Origin: Variovorax sp.
Lineage (GTDB): Bacteria; Pseudomonadota; Gammaproteobacteria; Burkholderiales; Burkholderiaceae_C
Reading direction: 5' to 3'
Assembly (NCBI GenBank): GCA_031418715.1
Contig: JANOJL010000003.1
Coordinates: 58,201-122,200, forward strand
DNA length: 64,000 nt
In this document: positions 34,714 through 45,795 of the stretch, piece by piece
Layout: every line of letters starts with the position of its first letter
Numbering within the stretch: the stretch's first letter is position 1
The notes under the pieces: generated by a model
Seen by the model: the letters and a program-made list of their open reading frames with translations, nothing else
Databases searched by the model: none
What the model was told of the DNA's origin: nothing
Program-made: the position numbers and the translations under genes

Positions 34714-35292
34714 GTGCGTCGTATTGCCCTGATCGCCACACTCGTCGTCATCGCAGCCAGCTTACTGGGTTGTGCCACACCCAAGCCGCAGCCCAAGACC
34801 CTGATGGTCTCTGAAGCCAAGCTGATGCAACTGATTAGCGGGCAGTTTCCCTTCAACAGCAAAATGCTGGATGCATTGGATGTGAGCGTAGGCTCACCGA
34901 AGATCAGTTTTGATGGGGTCAACAACAGAATCAACACCACGCTGGATTTGAATGTTGCCGGCAGCGGCATTGTTGGTTTGCTTGTGCAGCGCGAATACAA
35001 AGGCGGCATAGATTTGAGCTATGGCCTGCGCTTCGAGCCCAGCGACAACTCCGTGCGCATGACAGATGTGAAACTGGGCAAACTCAGTATCGATGGTGCA
35101 CCTGAGCTGATGCAACGCCCGATTTCCCGCCTTGGCGTCGCGCTTGCGCAAAAGCTACTGGCCGAACAAGTGCTCTACAAAGTCAGTGCGCAAGATTTGG
35201 AAGCGGCCAAGGGCTGGGGTTATAAGCCAGGCGCATTCAAGATCGCACCGGGCGGCTTAGCGATCACGCTCGATCCGATCGAGAAAAAATAA
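34714..35292 (+). CDS. DUF1439-like lipoprotein (YceB family)
   Basis: Lipobox LLGC after MRRIALIATLVVIAAS. ~190 aa. Family name is from memory. Confidence 0.6.
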   Translation: MRRIALIATLVVIAASLLGCATPKPQPKTLMVSEAKLMQLISGQFPFNSKMLDALDVSVGSPKISFDGVNNRINTTLDLNVAGSGIVGLLVQREYKGGIDLSYGLRFEPSDNSVRMTDVKLGKLSIDGAPELMQRPISRLGVALAQKLLAEQVLYKVSAQDLEAAKGWGYKPGAFKIAPGGLAITLDPIEKK

Positions 35293-35354
35293 AGCGGCAG
35301 GATAGCCGCTTAGCTCGAAACTGGCCGCCCTGCCTTCCAGCAGCGCGGCCTTCT

Positions 35355-36440
35355 TTACATCACTTCGTGCAGCGCCTGCATATAGGCCTGCGAGACCATC
35401 AACTCATCCCAAGCCAATGGCGCCATTTGCGGTAACAGATTCAACCGGCGCTGCTCACTCATCTCACTCAGTTTGAATTTCTTTTTGCTACTCGCTAATT
35501 CCAAGCCTTCGAGTAATTCGTCTACCGCCCTGCCCTCATCGCCCACGCTTTGGTTGCACAGCAGAACCATATCGCAGCCCGCATTGAGTGCTTCCACGGC
35601 CGCTTGTGTGTAACTCACGCGCTTGCCATCGATCAAGCGAGCGCCTTCCATGCTCAGATCGTCGCTGAAAATCGCGCCGGTAAAGCCAAAATCACCACGC
35701 AAAATCTCTTGCAGCCAGCGTTTAGAAAACCCCGCTGGCCGACCATCCACTTTCGGGTAGATCACATGCGCAGGCATCACTGAATGCAAACCGTGGCTAA
35801 GCCACTGATAAGGCGCAGCATCATCCGCCAAAATCGCTTTCAAACTGCGCTTGTCCACCGGAATCTCGGTGTGTGAATCAGCCTTCACAAAACCATGCCC
35901 CGGAAAATGCTTGCCGCAACTGCTCATTCCCGCCAGCAGCAGCCCATGCATCAAACTCTTGGCCAAGAGCGTAGCCACGCGCGGATCACGGTGGAATGCG
36001 CGGTCTCCAATCACCGAGCTGCCGCCGTAGTCCAAATCGAGCACGGGTGTGAAGCTCATGTCCACACCGCAAGCGCGCAGCTCAGCCGCGAGCACATAAC
36101 CGCAAGCCGTGGCGGCATTTGTCGCTTTCATCGCACCGCTACCGGAGGGGAGCTTTCCATCCTGCATCCATAGCTCGCCCAGCTTGCGCATCGGCGGCAA
36201 ATGCGTGAAGCCATCCGTCTTGAAGCGCTGCACGCGCCCGCCCTCATGATCCACAAGGATGAGCAAATCTGAGCGCACCGCTTTGATCTCAGCGCACAAA
36301 TGCGTCAGCTGCATGCGGTCTTGCCAATTGCGCGCAAACAAAATCACGCCTCCTGTGAGCGGATGCGCAAGGCGGCGGCGATCATGCGCATTCAGCGTGA
36401 GGGCAGCCACGTCAAGGATGATGGGGGCGTGATGGGTCAT
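35355..36440 (-). CDS. nagZ: Beta-N-acetylhexosaminidase (GH3)
   Basis: KHFPGHG and the D...GG GH3 motifs, ~360 aa. ATG 36440 chosen because the track's N-terminal extension reads through a repeat element. Confidence 0.9.
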   Translation of the reverse strand: MTHHAPIILDVAALTLNAHDRRRLAHPLTGGVILFARNWQDRMQLTHLCAEIKAVRSDLLILVDHEGGRVQRFKTDGFTHLPPMRKLGELWMQDGKLPSGSGAMKATNAATACGYVLAAELRACGVDMSFTPVLDLDYGGSSVIGDRAFHRDPRVATLLAKSLMHGLLLAGMSSCGKHFPGHGFVKADSHTEIPVDKRSLKAILADDAAPYQWLSHGLHSVMPAHVIYPKVDGRPAGFSKRWLQEILRGDFGFTGAIFSDDLSMEGARLIDGKRVSYTQAAVEALNAGCDMVLLCNQSVGDEGRAVDELLEGLELASSKKKFKLSEMSEQRRLNLLPQMAPLAWDELMVSQAYMQALHEVM

Positions 36441-36457
36441 GGTTTTCTTTCTATGAA

Positions 36458-36512
36458 TTTGATAGCATCTTGCGCATATCTTATAACGGCCAGAGGCCGA
36501 TTTGGCACTTAA
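36458..36512 (+). repeat. Family-A repeat, copy 8
   Basis: tttgatagcatcttgcgcatatcttataacggccagaggccgatttggcacttaatt. Its tail contains the acpS stop codon on the opposite strand. Confidence 0.85.
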
Positions 36513-36907
36513 TTTGAAGCGGTTTCCACCACACAAAACGAAGCCGCGTAATCTGTCTCATCCGTCACGGTGATGTGCGCCTTCAATTGTTTGGCTTCAA
36601 ACCACTCTTTCAAACCGCCATGCAAGACGATGCGCGGCTCACCTGAAGGCAGCTTGGCGATTTCGCAGAGCCGCCAAGTCATGGGCATGCGCATGCCCAA
36701 TCCAATCGCTTTGGAAAACGCTTCCTTCGCAGAAAACCGCGTAGCCAGATAACGCACCCCCCGCTCAGGCCAACGCGCAGTGCGCTGCTTCCAAGTGATC
36801 AGCTCAGCATCGCTCAAAATCTTGCTTGCAAAGCGCTCGCCATGCTTATCCAAGCTGGCTTTGATGCGGCGAATGTCGCAGATGTCGGTGCCGATGCCGT
36901 AGATCAA
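36509..36907 (-). CDS. acpS: Holo-[acyl-carrier-protein] synthase
   Basis: [15 protein letters not shown]...AKEAFSKA are 4'-phosphopantetheinyl transferase motifs. It overlaps the pdxJ stop by 4 nt. Confidence 0.93.
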   Translation of the reverse strand: MIYGIGTDICDIRRIKASLDKHGERFASKILSDAELITWKQRTARWPERGVRYLATRFSAKEAFSKAIGLGMRMPMTWRLCEIAKLPSGEPRIVLHGGLKEWFEAKQLKAHITVTDETDYAASFCVVETASN

Positions 36908-37659
36908 GACGCACCTTGGAGTAAGCAGGCGAGATATGCCCTCACAGCCGCTGCATACCCTACCTCCAGCGCATCTGAGACAAAAGCATGCCCAATCGAG
37001 ACTTCTGCCATGAAAGGCATGGCGGCAATGAAGGGCTTGAGGTTAGCCTGCGTCAAATCATGGCCTGCATTCACCAGCAGCCCAGCATCTCGCGCAGCCT
37101 CTGCCGTGGTTTTGAATTGCGCAAGCACTTGCGCCTCTGAAGCCGCACCAAACGCACTTGCCCAGGTCTCGGTGTAAAGCTCAACCCGATCTGCGCCAAT
37201 CGCTTTGCAAGCAGTCATCTGCTCAGGAACAGGATCCATGAATAAGCTCACGCGCACGCCCAGCGCATGGCATTCATCAATCAGTGGCCTCAAGCGATCG
37301 GCATCTTGCGGGAAACTCCAGCCGTGATCAGAGGTACTCTGCCCTTCGGTATCTGGCACAAAAGTGGCTTGATGCGGTTTCACGGCGCGGATGAATTCCA
37401 TCAAGTTATGAAACGGATTGCCTTCAATGTTGTATTCCCGCCCCGGCCAAAGGCGCATCAGCTCAGCAATTTCAAATACATCTTGCTTGCGGATATGCCG
37501 CTCATCTGGGCGCGGATGTACCGTGATGCCAGCCGCGCCTGCTTTGAGGCAAAGCTCAGCGGCGCGCGTCACGCTGGGGTAGCCCACATGCCGCGTGTTG
37601 CGCACGAGCGCCACTTTGTTGACATTCACGGAAAGTGCTGTGTGAACTGAATTTTTCAT
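36904..37659 (-). CDS. pdxJ: Pyridoxine 5'-phosphate synthase
   Basis: [15 protein letters not shown]...[12 protein letters not shown]...NIEGNP is the PdxJ signature. Confidence 0.95.
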   Translation of the reverse strand: MKNSVHTALSVNVNKVALVRNTRHVGYPSVTRAAELCLKAGAAGITVHPRPDERHIRKQDVFEIAELMRLWPGREYNIEGNPFHNLMEFIRAVKPHQATFVPDTEGQSTSDHGWSFPQDADRLRPLIDECHALGVRVSLFMDPVPEQMTACKAIGADRVELYTETWASAFGAASEAQVLAQFKTTAEAARDAGLLVNAGHDLTQANLKPFIAAMPFMAEVSIGHAFVSDALEVGYAAAVRAYLACLLQGAS

Positions 37660-37719
37660 GCCAAATCGCCTGTTACCCGTTATAGAACCTGCGCAGATTG
37701 CTATTAATACAATAGCATA
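37651..37719 (-). repeat. Family-A repeat, copy 9
   Basis: Reverse complement: tatgctattgtattaatagcaatctgcgcaggttctataacgggtaacaggcgatttggcATGaaaaat. The pdxJ ATG lies inside the tail. Confidence 0.85.
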
Positions 37720-37725
37720 TAGAAA

Positions 37726-38484
37726 TCAAGCCAGCGCCTGCGCATCCATCATCAGCTGCCGCGTGCGGAAACCCCGGCTTCCAGCATGGTAGTTTAGCAA
37801 GCTACGAAGTAATTGCTTGAGTGCAGATTTGTCTGCGGGTCTCAAAGCCTGCACCGCCTCACGCGCTGGGAAAATCGCCGCGCGCTGATCCAGCGCGGCT
37901 TGCAAGCTGCGCCAAGCTGCTGCACTCATCGCCGCCTCTTCAAAAGACGAACCCGTGGTCTCGCGCAACCCCACTTCTGGCACCAAGCTGTAAAGCAGAT
38001 CATCTTCTAGCTCACCCATGGAAAGGCTGTCGATATCCAAAGAAGGCAGCAAGCCAATCTCGCGCAACAGCACCAATTCAAACGCCCGCAGTGTTGCATC
38101 CAGCTGCGCCGCATCACGCAACCATGTGCAGGCTTGCGCATAAGCATCGAAAAGCAGCTCATGCGGATCGTCTCGCGCCAGCAGCTTCATCATCAGCTCA
38201 TTGAGGTAATAGCCCGAGAGCAGCGCATCGCCAGAAGGCATCGTGAGGCCACCTTGCCACTCCGCGCCCTTGAGCGTATGCACCTCCGCATCGCCCGAAT
38301 AGCTGATGGAAAGCAACTGCAGTGGCAGCAAAATCGCCCGAAACTGCGAGCTAGGCCTCTTCACACCCTTCGCCACAATCGCCACCCGCCCATGATGCCG
38401 CGTGAGCACCTCCAAGATCAAGCTGCTCTCGCTCCAATCGTAGCGATGCAAGACGAAAGCGGGTTCGTGGGCGATGCGCTTCAT
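37726..38484 (-). CDS. recO: DNA repair protein RecO
   Basis: An OB-fold N-terminus (AFVLHRYDWSESSLILEVLTRHHGRVAIVAKG) in conserved era-recO-pdxJ synteny. Confidence 0.9.
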   Translation of the reverse strand: MKRIAHEPAFVLHRYDWSESSLILEVLTRHHGRVAIVAKGVKRPSSQFRAILLPLQLLSISYSGDAEVHTLKGAEWQGGLTMPSGDALLSGYYLNELMMKLLARDDPHELLFDAYAQACTWLRDAAQLDATLRAFELVLLREIGLLPSLDIDSLSMGELEDDLLYSLVPEVGLRETTGSSFEEAAMSAAAWRSLQAALDQRAAIFPAREAVQALRPADKSALKQLLRSLLNYHAGSRGFRTRQLMMDAQALA

Positions 38485-38492
38485 GAGAATTT

Positions 38493-38560
38493 ATGCTACG
38501 AATTAGTGAGCACTCTGCGCATATTCTATAAGGGGGATAGGGTGATTTTGTTTAAAAATT
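38493..38560 (+). repeat. Family-A repeat, copy 10
   Basis: atgctacgaattagtgagcactctgcgcatattctataagggggatagggtgattttgtttaaaaatt. The tail abuts or overlaps the era stop. Confidence 0.8.
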
Positions 38561-39731
38561 ACTCATACCCGAAGCTTTTCACCCGCTCCGCGTTATCTGC
38601 CCAGCCGCCCTGCACTTTGACCCAGAGCTGGAGGAAGACTTTGGCGTCCATCAGGCGCTCTAGCTCTTGGCGGGCTTCGGTGCCCATGCGCTTGAGGCCT
38701 TCGCCCCCTGCGCCGATCACCATGGCTTTGTGGGAGTCGCGCTCGACAATGATGGTGGCGGCGATTTTGACGAAACGACCGACCGTTTTACCGGGCTCTT
38801 CGGTGAATTTATCAATGACTACGGTGCTGGTGTAGGGCAGCTCATCGCCAGTGAAGCGAAAGAGCTTTTCGCGCACGATTTCGCCCGCCATGAAGCGCTC
38901 GGATTTGTCGGTGATGTCGTCTGCAGCATGAATCCAAGGCTGCTCGGGCAGGTATTTTTCGCAGATCACGAGCAGGCGCTCGATGTCTTTTTTCTGCTTG
39001 GCGCTCATGGGGATGATTTCAGCAAACTGGATGGTTTTGACGACCTCAAGGTCTTCCGCGCTGAACTCTGTCGTGTCGATACCTTCTGCCTCTGTATTTG
39101 CGCCCTCTTCGCCATCTTCTGCTGGCTTGGCATCGCTCTGCACTTTGGGCTCACTGCTGCGCTCTGTGGCAGGCTCGAATTTGATCGCGCCCATGCCTTT
39201 GGCATGCACCTCTTGCAACCAAGGCGCAATATCAGCGCGGCGGTTGACGGTATCGAGCTTGTTCGCCACGAGGATCACCGGCACGCCTTTGGCTTGCTTG
39301 CCCAAGAGCGAAAGCACCTTGGCATCCGCGCCGGACAAGCGCCCGGCTTCGACGACGAGCAAGATCAAATCCACGCCACTCACAGCGCCGCTGACGGTTT
39401 TATTCAGCGAGCGATTGAGCGCTGTGCCGTGGCGCGTTTGGAAACCGGGCGTGTCTGCAAAGACAAATTGCGCAGCGCCTTGTGTACGAATGCCCAGGAT
39501 GCGGTGGCGCGTGGTTTGCGCTTTACGCGAAGTGATGCTAACTTTCTGGCCAACGAGGGCGTTGAGTAATGTCGATTTGCCGACGTTGGGTTTACCAACG
39601 ATGGCGATCAAGCCACAACGCTTGGCAACGCCATCAAGAGCCGAAGCGACTGGCGCAGAATCCGCAGACTTCTGGAAAAACGCATCCAATAGTGGATCGC
39701 TCGGAGCGTTGTTAGGGATAGATTTTTTCAT
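38559..39731 (-). CDS. era: GTPase Era (with ~55-aa acidic insertion in the G domain and a long N-terminus)
   Basis: G1 [10 protein letters not shown]3 DTPG, G4 NKLD, G5 SAK and a KH domain ([19 protein letters not shown]). The insertion [55 protein letters not shown] lies between G4 and G5. Confidence 0.92.
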   Translation of the reverse strand: MKKSIPNNAPSDPLLDAFFQKSADSAPVASALDGVAKRCGLIAIVGKPNVGKSTLLNALVGQKVSITSRKAQTTRHRILGIRTQGAAQFVFADTPGFQTRHGTALNRSLNKTVSGAVSGVDLILLVVEAGRLSGADAKVLSLLGKQAKGVPVILVANKLDTVNRRADIAPWLQEVHAKGMGAIKFEPATERSSEPKVQSDAKPAEDGEEGANTEAEGIDTTEFSAEDLEVVKTIQFAEIIPMSAKQKKDIERLLVICEKYLPEQPWIHAADDITDKSERFMAGEIVREKLFRFTGDELPYTSTVVIDKFTEEPGKTVGRFVKIAATIIVERDSHKAMVIGAGGEGLKRMGTEARQELERLMDAKVFLQLWVKVQGGWADNAERVKSFGYE

Positions 39732-39789
39732 GCTTTTTAGGCCATTTGCCGTTATAAAATATGCATTGTTTGCTATCTAATAAATAGCA
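39722..39789 (-). repeat. Family-A repeat, copy 11
   Basis: Reverse complement: tgctatttattagatagcaaacaatgcatattttataacggcaaatggcctaaaaagcATGaaaaaat. The predicted era ATG lies inside the tail. Confidence 0.8.
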
Positions 39790-39797
39790 AAAAAAGG

Positions 39798-40493
39798 TCA
39801 GGCTACTGTCTTCAGTAACTTGAGCATCGCTGTTGCAGCTTCTTGCTCAGCCGCTCGACGCGAACCGCCAAAGCCCCGCGCCTCGCGCTGCATTTGCTCG
39901 ATGGCGCACTGCACTTCAAAGTTTTGCCGATGTGCAGCGCCAGTGATACTCATCACGTTGTAGGCCGGTAGCTTGAGCTTTTTACCTTGCAACAGCTCTT
40001 GCAGCTCGGTTTTAGCATCTTTGGCTGCGGCGGGCATCTCTGGATTGATTTCGACCTTGTCAAACAATCGGTGCACCAAGCTGGCGGCTTTTTCAAAACC
40101 AGCATCGAGATAGACCGCACCAATCACCGCTTCCAGCGCGTCCGCAAGAATAGAAGGCCGCTTGCTGCCACCTGAGCGCAGCTCACCCTCGCCTAAGCGA
40201 AGCAGGTTGCCCAGGTGTAGCTCTTGGGCAATTTTGTGCAAGGTGTCTTGCTTAACCAAATTGGCTCGAACACGCGAGAGCTCGCCTTCTTGCAAGGTGC
40301 CCAAAGCTTGGAAAAGCATGCCTGAGACAGCCAAATTCAAAACAGAGTCGCCCAAAAACTCCAAGCGCTCGTTGTGGTCAGCACTGAAACTTCGGTGCGT
40401 CAGCGCCTGTGCGAGGAGGACAGGCTTGAGAAACTCATACTGCAGGCGTTTCTGGAGCTGTTGTACGTCATCACTCAAGGGAGTAGCCCGCAA
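39798..40493 (-). CDS. rnc: Ribonuclease III
   Basis: RNase III signature [11 protein letters not shown] plus a C-terminal dsRBD. Confidence 0.95.
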   Translation of the reverse strand: MRATPLSDDVQQLQKRLQYEFLKPVLLAQALTHRSFSADHNERLEFLGDSVLNLAVSGMLFQALGTLQEGELSRVRANLVKQDTLHKIAQELHLGNLLRLGEGELRSGGSKRPSILADALEAVIGAVYLDAGFEKAASLVHRLFDKVEINPEMPAAAKDAKTELQELLQGKKLKLPAYNVMSITGAAHRQNFEVQCAIEQMQREARGFGGSRRAAEQEAATAMLKLLKTVA

Positions 40494-40508
40494 AAAAACG
40501 GCACGGCA

Positions 40509-40856
40509 TCACTTGTCGCTGCTGCCTGCATACTTGAGCAGCAAATAAGCGGGGCCGCCCAAAGGAATTTCTTTGTTGTAAGCAAAGCTGACGACCACTT
40601 TGTCGCCGTTTTTTGTGACTTCAATATCTTTAGGGCCAATCGCTTTGAAATCATCGATGTTTTGCGCCTTGTCGAAGGCCGTGCGAATTTCGGGAATCGT
40701 ACCGCCTGAAGCTGCCACTTTCTTGACAGCTTTGACGATTGCAAAGTATTCAAGCACCGTAGGAAATACCTGCGCACCCACCACGCCCGTAAACGCCAGC
40801 ACGATGCCAACAAAAAGCAAGCCGACCAGAGAGAGACCGCGTTGTTGAGTTTTCAT
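40509..40856 (-). CDS. DUF4845-like small membrane-anchored protein
   Basis: An N-terminal TM segment (GLSLVGLLFVGIVLAFTGVV). It sits in the conserved position between lepB and rnc in Burkholderiales. Confidence 0.6.
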   Translation of the reverse strand: MKTQQRGLSLVGLLFVGIVLAFTGVVGAQVFPTVLEYFAIVKAVKKVAASGGTIPEIRTAFDKAQNIDDFKAIGPKDIEVTKNGDKVVVSFAYNKEIPLGGPAYLLLKYAGSSDK

Positions 40857-40880
40857 TGGATGCCTTGTAAGTGTAAAGAG

Positions 40881-41885
40881 TCAATCAAACGAACCAATTC
40901 TGCGTAGATTACCAAAATTCATCCACACATAAAAGGCTTTGCCTACGATATTTTGCTCTGGTACGAAGCCCCAGTAGCGAGAATCTTGAGAATTATCACG
41001 GTTGTCGCCCATCATGAAGTAATGCCCAGCGGGCACTTTGCAGCTTACGCCTTCAATGCTGTAGTTGCAATTTTCAAAAAATGGAAACTGCATCAGTGGC
41101 GTGTTGCCCATGCCAGAGTTTGGGTAGATCAGCAGCTTATGCGGCTTGTCGTAGCCGGGGAGTTTCTCTTCAAACTGCGGAATGTAGGTTGTTTGCGTTT
41201 CATCAAAAAACTCGGGCAACACGGTACGTGGCACGAGTTGCCCGTTGATGCGCAACTCTTTGTTGGTGTAGCTCACCTGATCCCCCGGCAGCCCGATCAC
41301 ACGCTTGATGTAGTCCACATTCGGGTTGGGAGGATAGCGAAACACCATGGCATCCCCGCGCTGCGGGTTGTTCACATCGATGATTTTTTTGTTGATCACT
41401 GGCAGGCGCACACCGTAGGTGAATTTGTTCACCAAAATCAAATCCCCAATATGCAGCGTTGGAATCATCGAACCCGTGGGAATTTTGAAAGGTTCAAACA
41501 AAAACGAACGCAGCAAAAACACAATGCAAATCACGGGGAAAAGCCCTGCCGTCCAGTCCAACCACCAAGGCTGCTGCAACACCACGTCTTTCGAAGCGAC
41601 CAGCTCTTGATGGTGCATCTCTGTTTTGCTGATGCCCATTTTGGCCAACTCGGCTTGACGCGCAATGGCCTGCTCTTCAATCGCGGTCGCAGCTTGGTTA
41701 CGTTCGGGAAGGAAAATAAATCTTTCTAAGAGCCAGTAAATGCCTGTGGTGATAGTGGCGATGAACAAGATCAACGAGAAGTTACTCTCCACAGCATTGA
41801 AATACCAAGCCACGCAATAAGCTACAAACGCGCCGAGTACACCGGCTGTGATGCCGGGCATGAATTTCGTCAAAGAGTTGGACAT
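40881..41885 (-). CDS. lepB: Signal peptidase I
   Basis: Catalytic Ser box PTGSMIPTL, Lys box VNKF/YIKRV and GDNRDNSQDSRYWGFV. Confidence 0.95.
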   Translation of the reverse strand: MSNSLTKFMPGITAGVLGAFVAYCVAWYFNAVESNFSLILFIATITTGIYWLLERFIFLPERNQAATAIEEQAIARQAELAKMGISKTEMHHQELVASKDVVLQQPWWLDWTAGLFPVICIVFLLRSFLFEPFKIPTGSMIPTLHIGDLILVNKFTYGVRLPVINKKIIDVNNPQRGDAMVFRYPPNPNVDYIKRVIGLPGDQVSYTNKELRINGQLVPRTVLPEFFDETQTTYIPQFEEKLPGYDKPHKLLIYPNSGMGNTPLMQFPFFENCNYSIEGVSCKVPAGHYFMMGDNRDNSQDSRYWGFVPEQNIVGKAFYVWMNFGNLRRIGSFD

Positions 41886-41889
41886 GCGA

Positions 41890-43716
<1,827 letters not shown>

Positions 43717-43793
43717 CAACAAAATTCTCAAACTAATTCTTTAAGTGCTTGATCCGTATGACACTTGCATCAAAGCAATTCACGACGCGCAAG

Positions 43794-43824
43794 AAAAAGG
43801 GCGCGTCGTTTGTATGACGCGCCC
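43794..43824 (-). terminator. Orphan terminator-like hairpin in the lepA upstream region
   Basis: Minus strand: gggcgcgtc atacaaac gacgcgccc ttttt, ~80 nt upstream of the lepA ATG. No minus-strand gene lies upstream of it. Confidence 0.5.
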
Positions 43825-43941
43825 CGAAACCAACAATCTATTGGCAACTGCGATAGTTGGACTTTCATTGTAGGGCAAGCGCATCGTGAGCACACGGGGA
43901 AATTCTCTAATTTTGTGTCGTTGCGGACTTGCAACGGGAAA

Positions 43942-44020
43942 TTATCAACAGGTTATCCACAATTTCTGTGGGCAAGTGGTCTGCGTTCATGGGGATGGCC
44001 TGTGGATGGCTGGTGGATAG
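43942..44020. promoter_or_regulatory. Cluster of five DnaA-box-like 9-mers
   Basis: ttatcaaca (43942), TTATCCACA (43953, perfect consensus), tgtgggcaa (43967, reverse), tgtggatgg (44001, reverse) and ggtggatag (44012, reverse). Two are forward and three reverse, in a convergent arrangement. Confidence 0.55.
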
Positions 44021-44363
44021 CCTGTACGCATCCCATATCGTGAACTTCAACGACGTTGATATACCCAAATGAGTGTATCAGCGGGCTTGATTTTAACGGT
44101 TTTAGATATGAAGCTCCGCTCTTTGTTGGCTTTCACTAACTTTCTCAAGGTTTTGGACTGAAAGGTGTGCCGTTGTATTACTGTCAAAACTTTAAAGCCA
44201 GTAGGGTTATTTCAAAAACCTGCACAGAATGACTTGACAAGCCTCGTTTCGTGATTTTTTTGACTTTTTCATCACAACCCGACTGCGCCGCAAGCCCATC
44301 AGCAGATCAGCTTGCAAGAGCCCTGGTTTAAGAGCAAGATATTCTTCTCATTGGAGAAATTTC

Positions 44364-45437
44364 ATGCTAAAACCGCGCTCCACCCTCGCCTCACTCAAGC
44401 TGCGCAGCACCTTTGCCGTGCTGATCACTGCGCTGTGCACAAGCCTCGCGCATGCAGCAAGCCCTGCTGCACCTGCGGGCAACTCAGGCGCGAGTGCGCA
44501 AGACACCATCAACGCACTTTCTAAAGCGCAGATGGCTGTGGTGGGTGTGCAAGTCACCGCCGCAGAAGGCGCTCGTTCAGCAGAAACGCTTGGCAAGCAA
44601 CGCTCTGGCTCGGGTGTGGTGATTGGCGCAGATGGTTTGGTGGTCACCATTGGTTATTTGATTCTGGAAGCCGACAACATCCAAATCACGACCACGGACA
44701 AGAAAACAGTACCCGCTCGCGTGGTGGCCTACGATTTGGCCACTGGCTTTGGTCTGATTCGCCCTGTGGTGCCCTTGCGCGGCATCGCCCCAGTCTCATT
44801 GGGCGGCAGTACCGATATCAAAACAGGCGAAGCCTTGATGGCCAGCACTGGCGCGTCACCTGACGACGATGCTGATGTCAACATGACCCAACTCGTCAGC
44901 AAACGCGCCTTTTCCGGCTACTGGGAATATCACATCGAGAGCGCCCTCTTCACCAGCCCGCCGATGCAAAACCACTCCGGCGCACCGCTGTTCAACCAAA
45001 AAGGCGAGCTTCTGGGCATTGGCAGCCTGTTTGTGATGGATGCGATGGGTCAAAATGTGCGCTTGCCTGGCAACATGTTTGTTCCGGTTGATCTGCTCAA
45101 GCCGATCATGGCTGAAATGCTGCAAAACGGCAGCAGCAAACTCTCCAAGCGCCCTTGGATTGGCTTGACCTCTAGCGAGCAAGGTGGCCGCGTACAAATC
45201 ATGCGCGTCAACAAAGATGGCCCAGCGCAGGCAGCAGGTTTGCAGCCCGGAGACGTGGTGCTCGCGGTTGACGATGCGAAGGTCGCCAACCTAGAAACTT
45301 TTTATAAAAAAATCTGGGATCGAGCCACCCCCGAAGCTGAAATCAAGCTCACCGTGTTGCAAGGCGCAGATTTGAAAACCATTCTGCTCAAACCCGTGGA
45401 TCGCATGAGCACGATGATGAAGCCTGCGGGGATTTGA
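44364..45437 (+). CDS. S1C (HtrA-like) trypsin-fold protein with one PDZ domain; canonical His motif not evident
   Basis: Signal peptide, then GSGVVIGADGLVVTIGYLI where HtrA has TNxHV. The Asp box YDLATGFGLI and Ser box NHSGAPL are present. A PDZ domain follows (GLQPGDVVLAVDD). Confidence 0.7.
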   Translation: MLKPRSTLASLKLRSTFAVLITALCTSLAHAASPAAPAGNSGASAQDTINALSKAQMAVVGVQVTAAEGARSAETLGKQRSGSGVVIGADGLVVTIGYLILEADNIQITTTDKKTVPARVVAYDLATGFGLIRPVVPLRGIAPVSLGGSTDIKTGEALMASTGASPDDDADVNMTQLVSKRAFSGYWEYHIESALFTSPPMQNHSGAPLFNQKGELLGIGSLFVMDAMGQNVRLPGNMFVPVDLLKPIMAEMLQNGSSKLSKRPWIGLTSSEQGGRVQIMRVNKDGPAQAAGLQPGDVVLAVDDAKVANLETFYKKIWDRATPEAEIKLTVLQGADLKTILLKPVDRMSTMMKPAGI

Positions 45438-45730
45438 ATTTACTAGCCTGAACGGCATGGACACGCACGCACTACAAGCCGCTCGGTAAAAACTTAGCAT
45501 TTGGCGAGATCGACATTTGCGGCGCAGATGGCAAAAGCGTGTGTCGGGCGACGACGACTTACGCGTTGCTTTAAATCCCTGAGAAGCTTTCGGGCTGAGC
45601 CTTCGAAGCCTCTTTCTCATGGCCTGCCCCCCTCACGCCGCCCGCGCGCCAAATCGGCAAGCTGAGGCCTAGGCTCGTGCCTATGACTGCGCAGGCTGTG
45701 AACAGCGCAGCAACCTCCAATGCGATCCCA

Positions 45731-45795
45731 ATTTTTAAGCCAAATCGACTTATTCCCGTTATAGAATATGCGCTGATAGCTATACTATTGATAGT
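45731..45795 (-). repeat. Family-A repeat, copy 12
   Basis: Reverse complement: ctatcaatagtatagctatcagcgcatattctataacgggaataagtcgatttggcttaaaaat. Confidence 0.85.

Noticed and set aside
40437-40512. Apparent 1-nt disagreements between my hand-counted positions and the ORF-track coordinates, around the rnc start, the DUF4845 stop and also the SIMPL start near 62878.
   Set aside because: The ORF-track translations are continuous and homologous end to end, so these are most likely my counting or reading errors rather than real frameshifts. Treat hand-counted non-ORF coordinates as +/-1-3 nt.
43942-44330. The DnaA-box cluster as the chromosomal origin of replication (oriC).
   Set aside because: No dnaA/dnaN/gyrB or rpmH/rnpA genes are nearby. 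I could not compute GC skew, and I saw no obvious repeated AT-rich 13-mer unwinding element. It is kept as a finding but not called as oriC.
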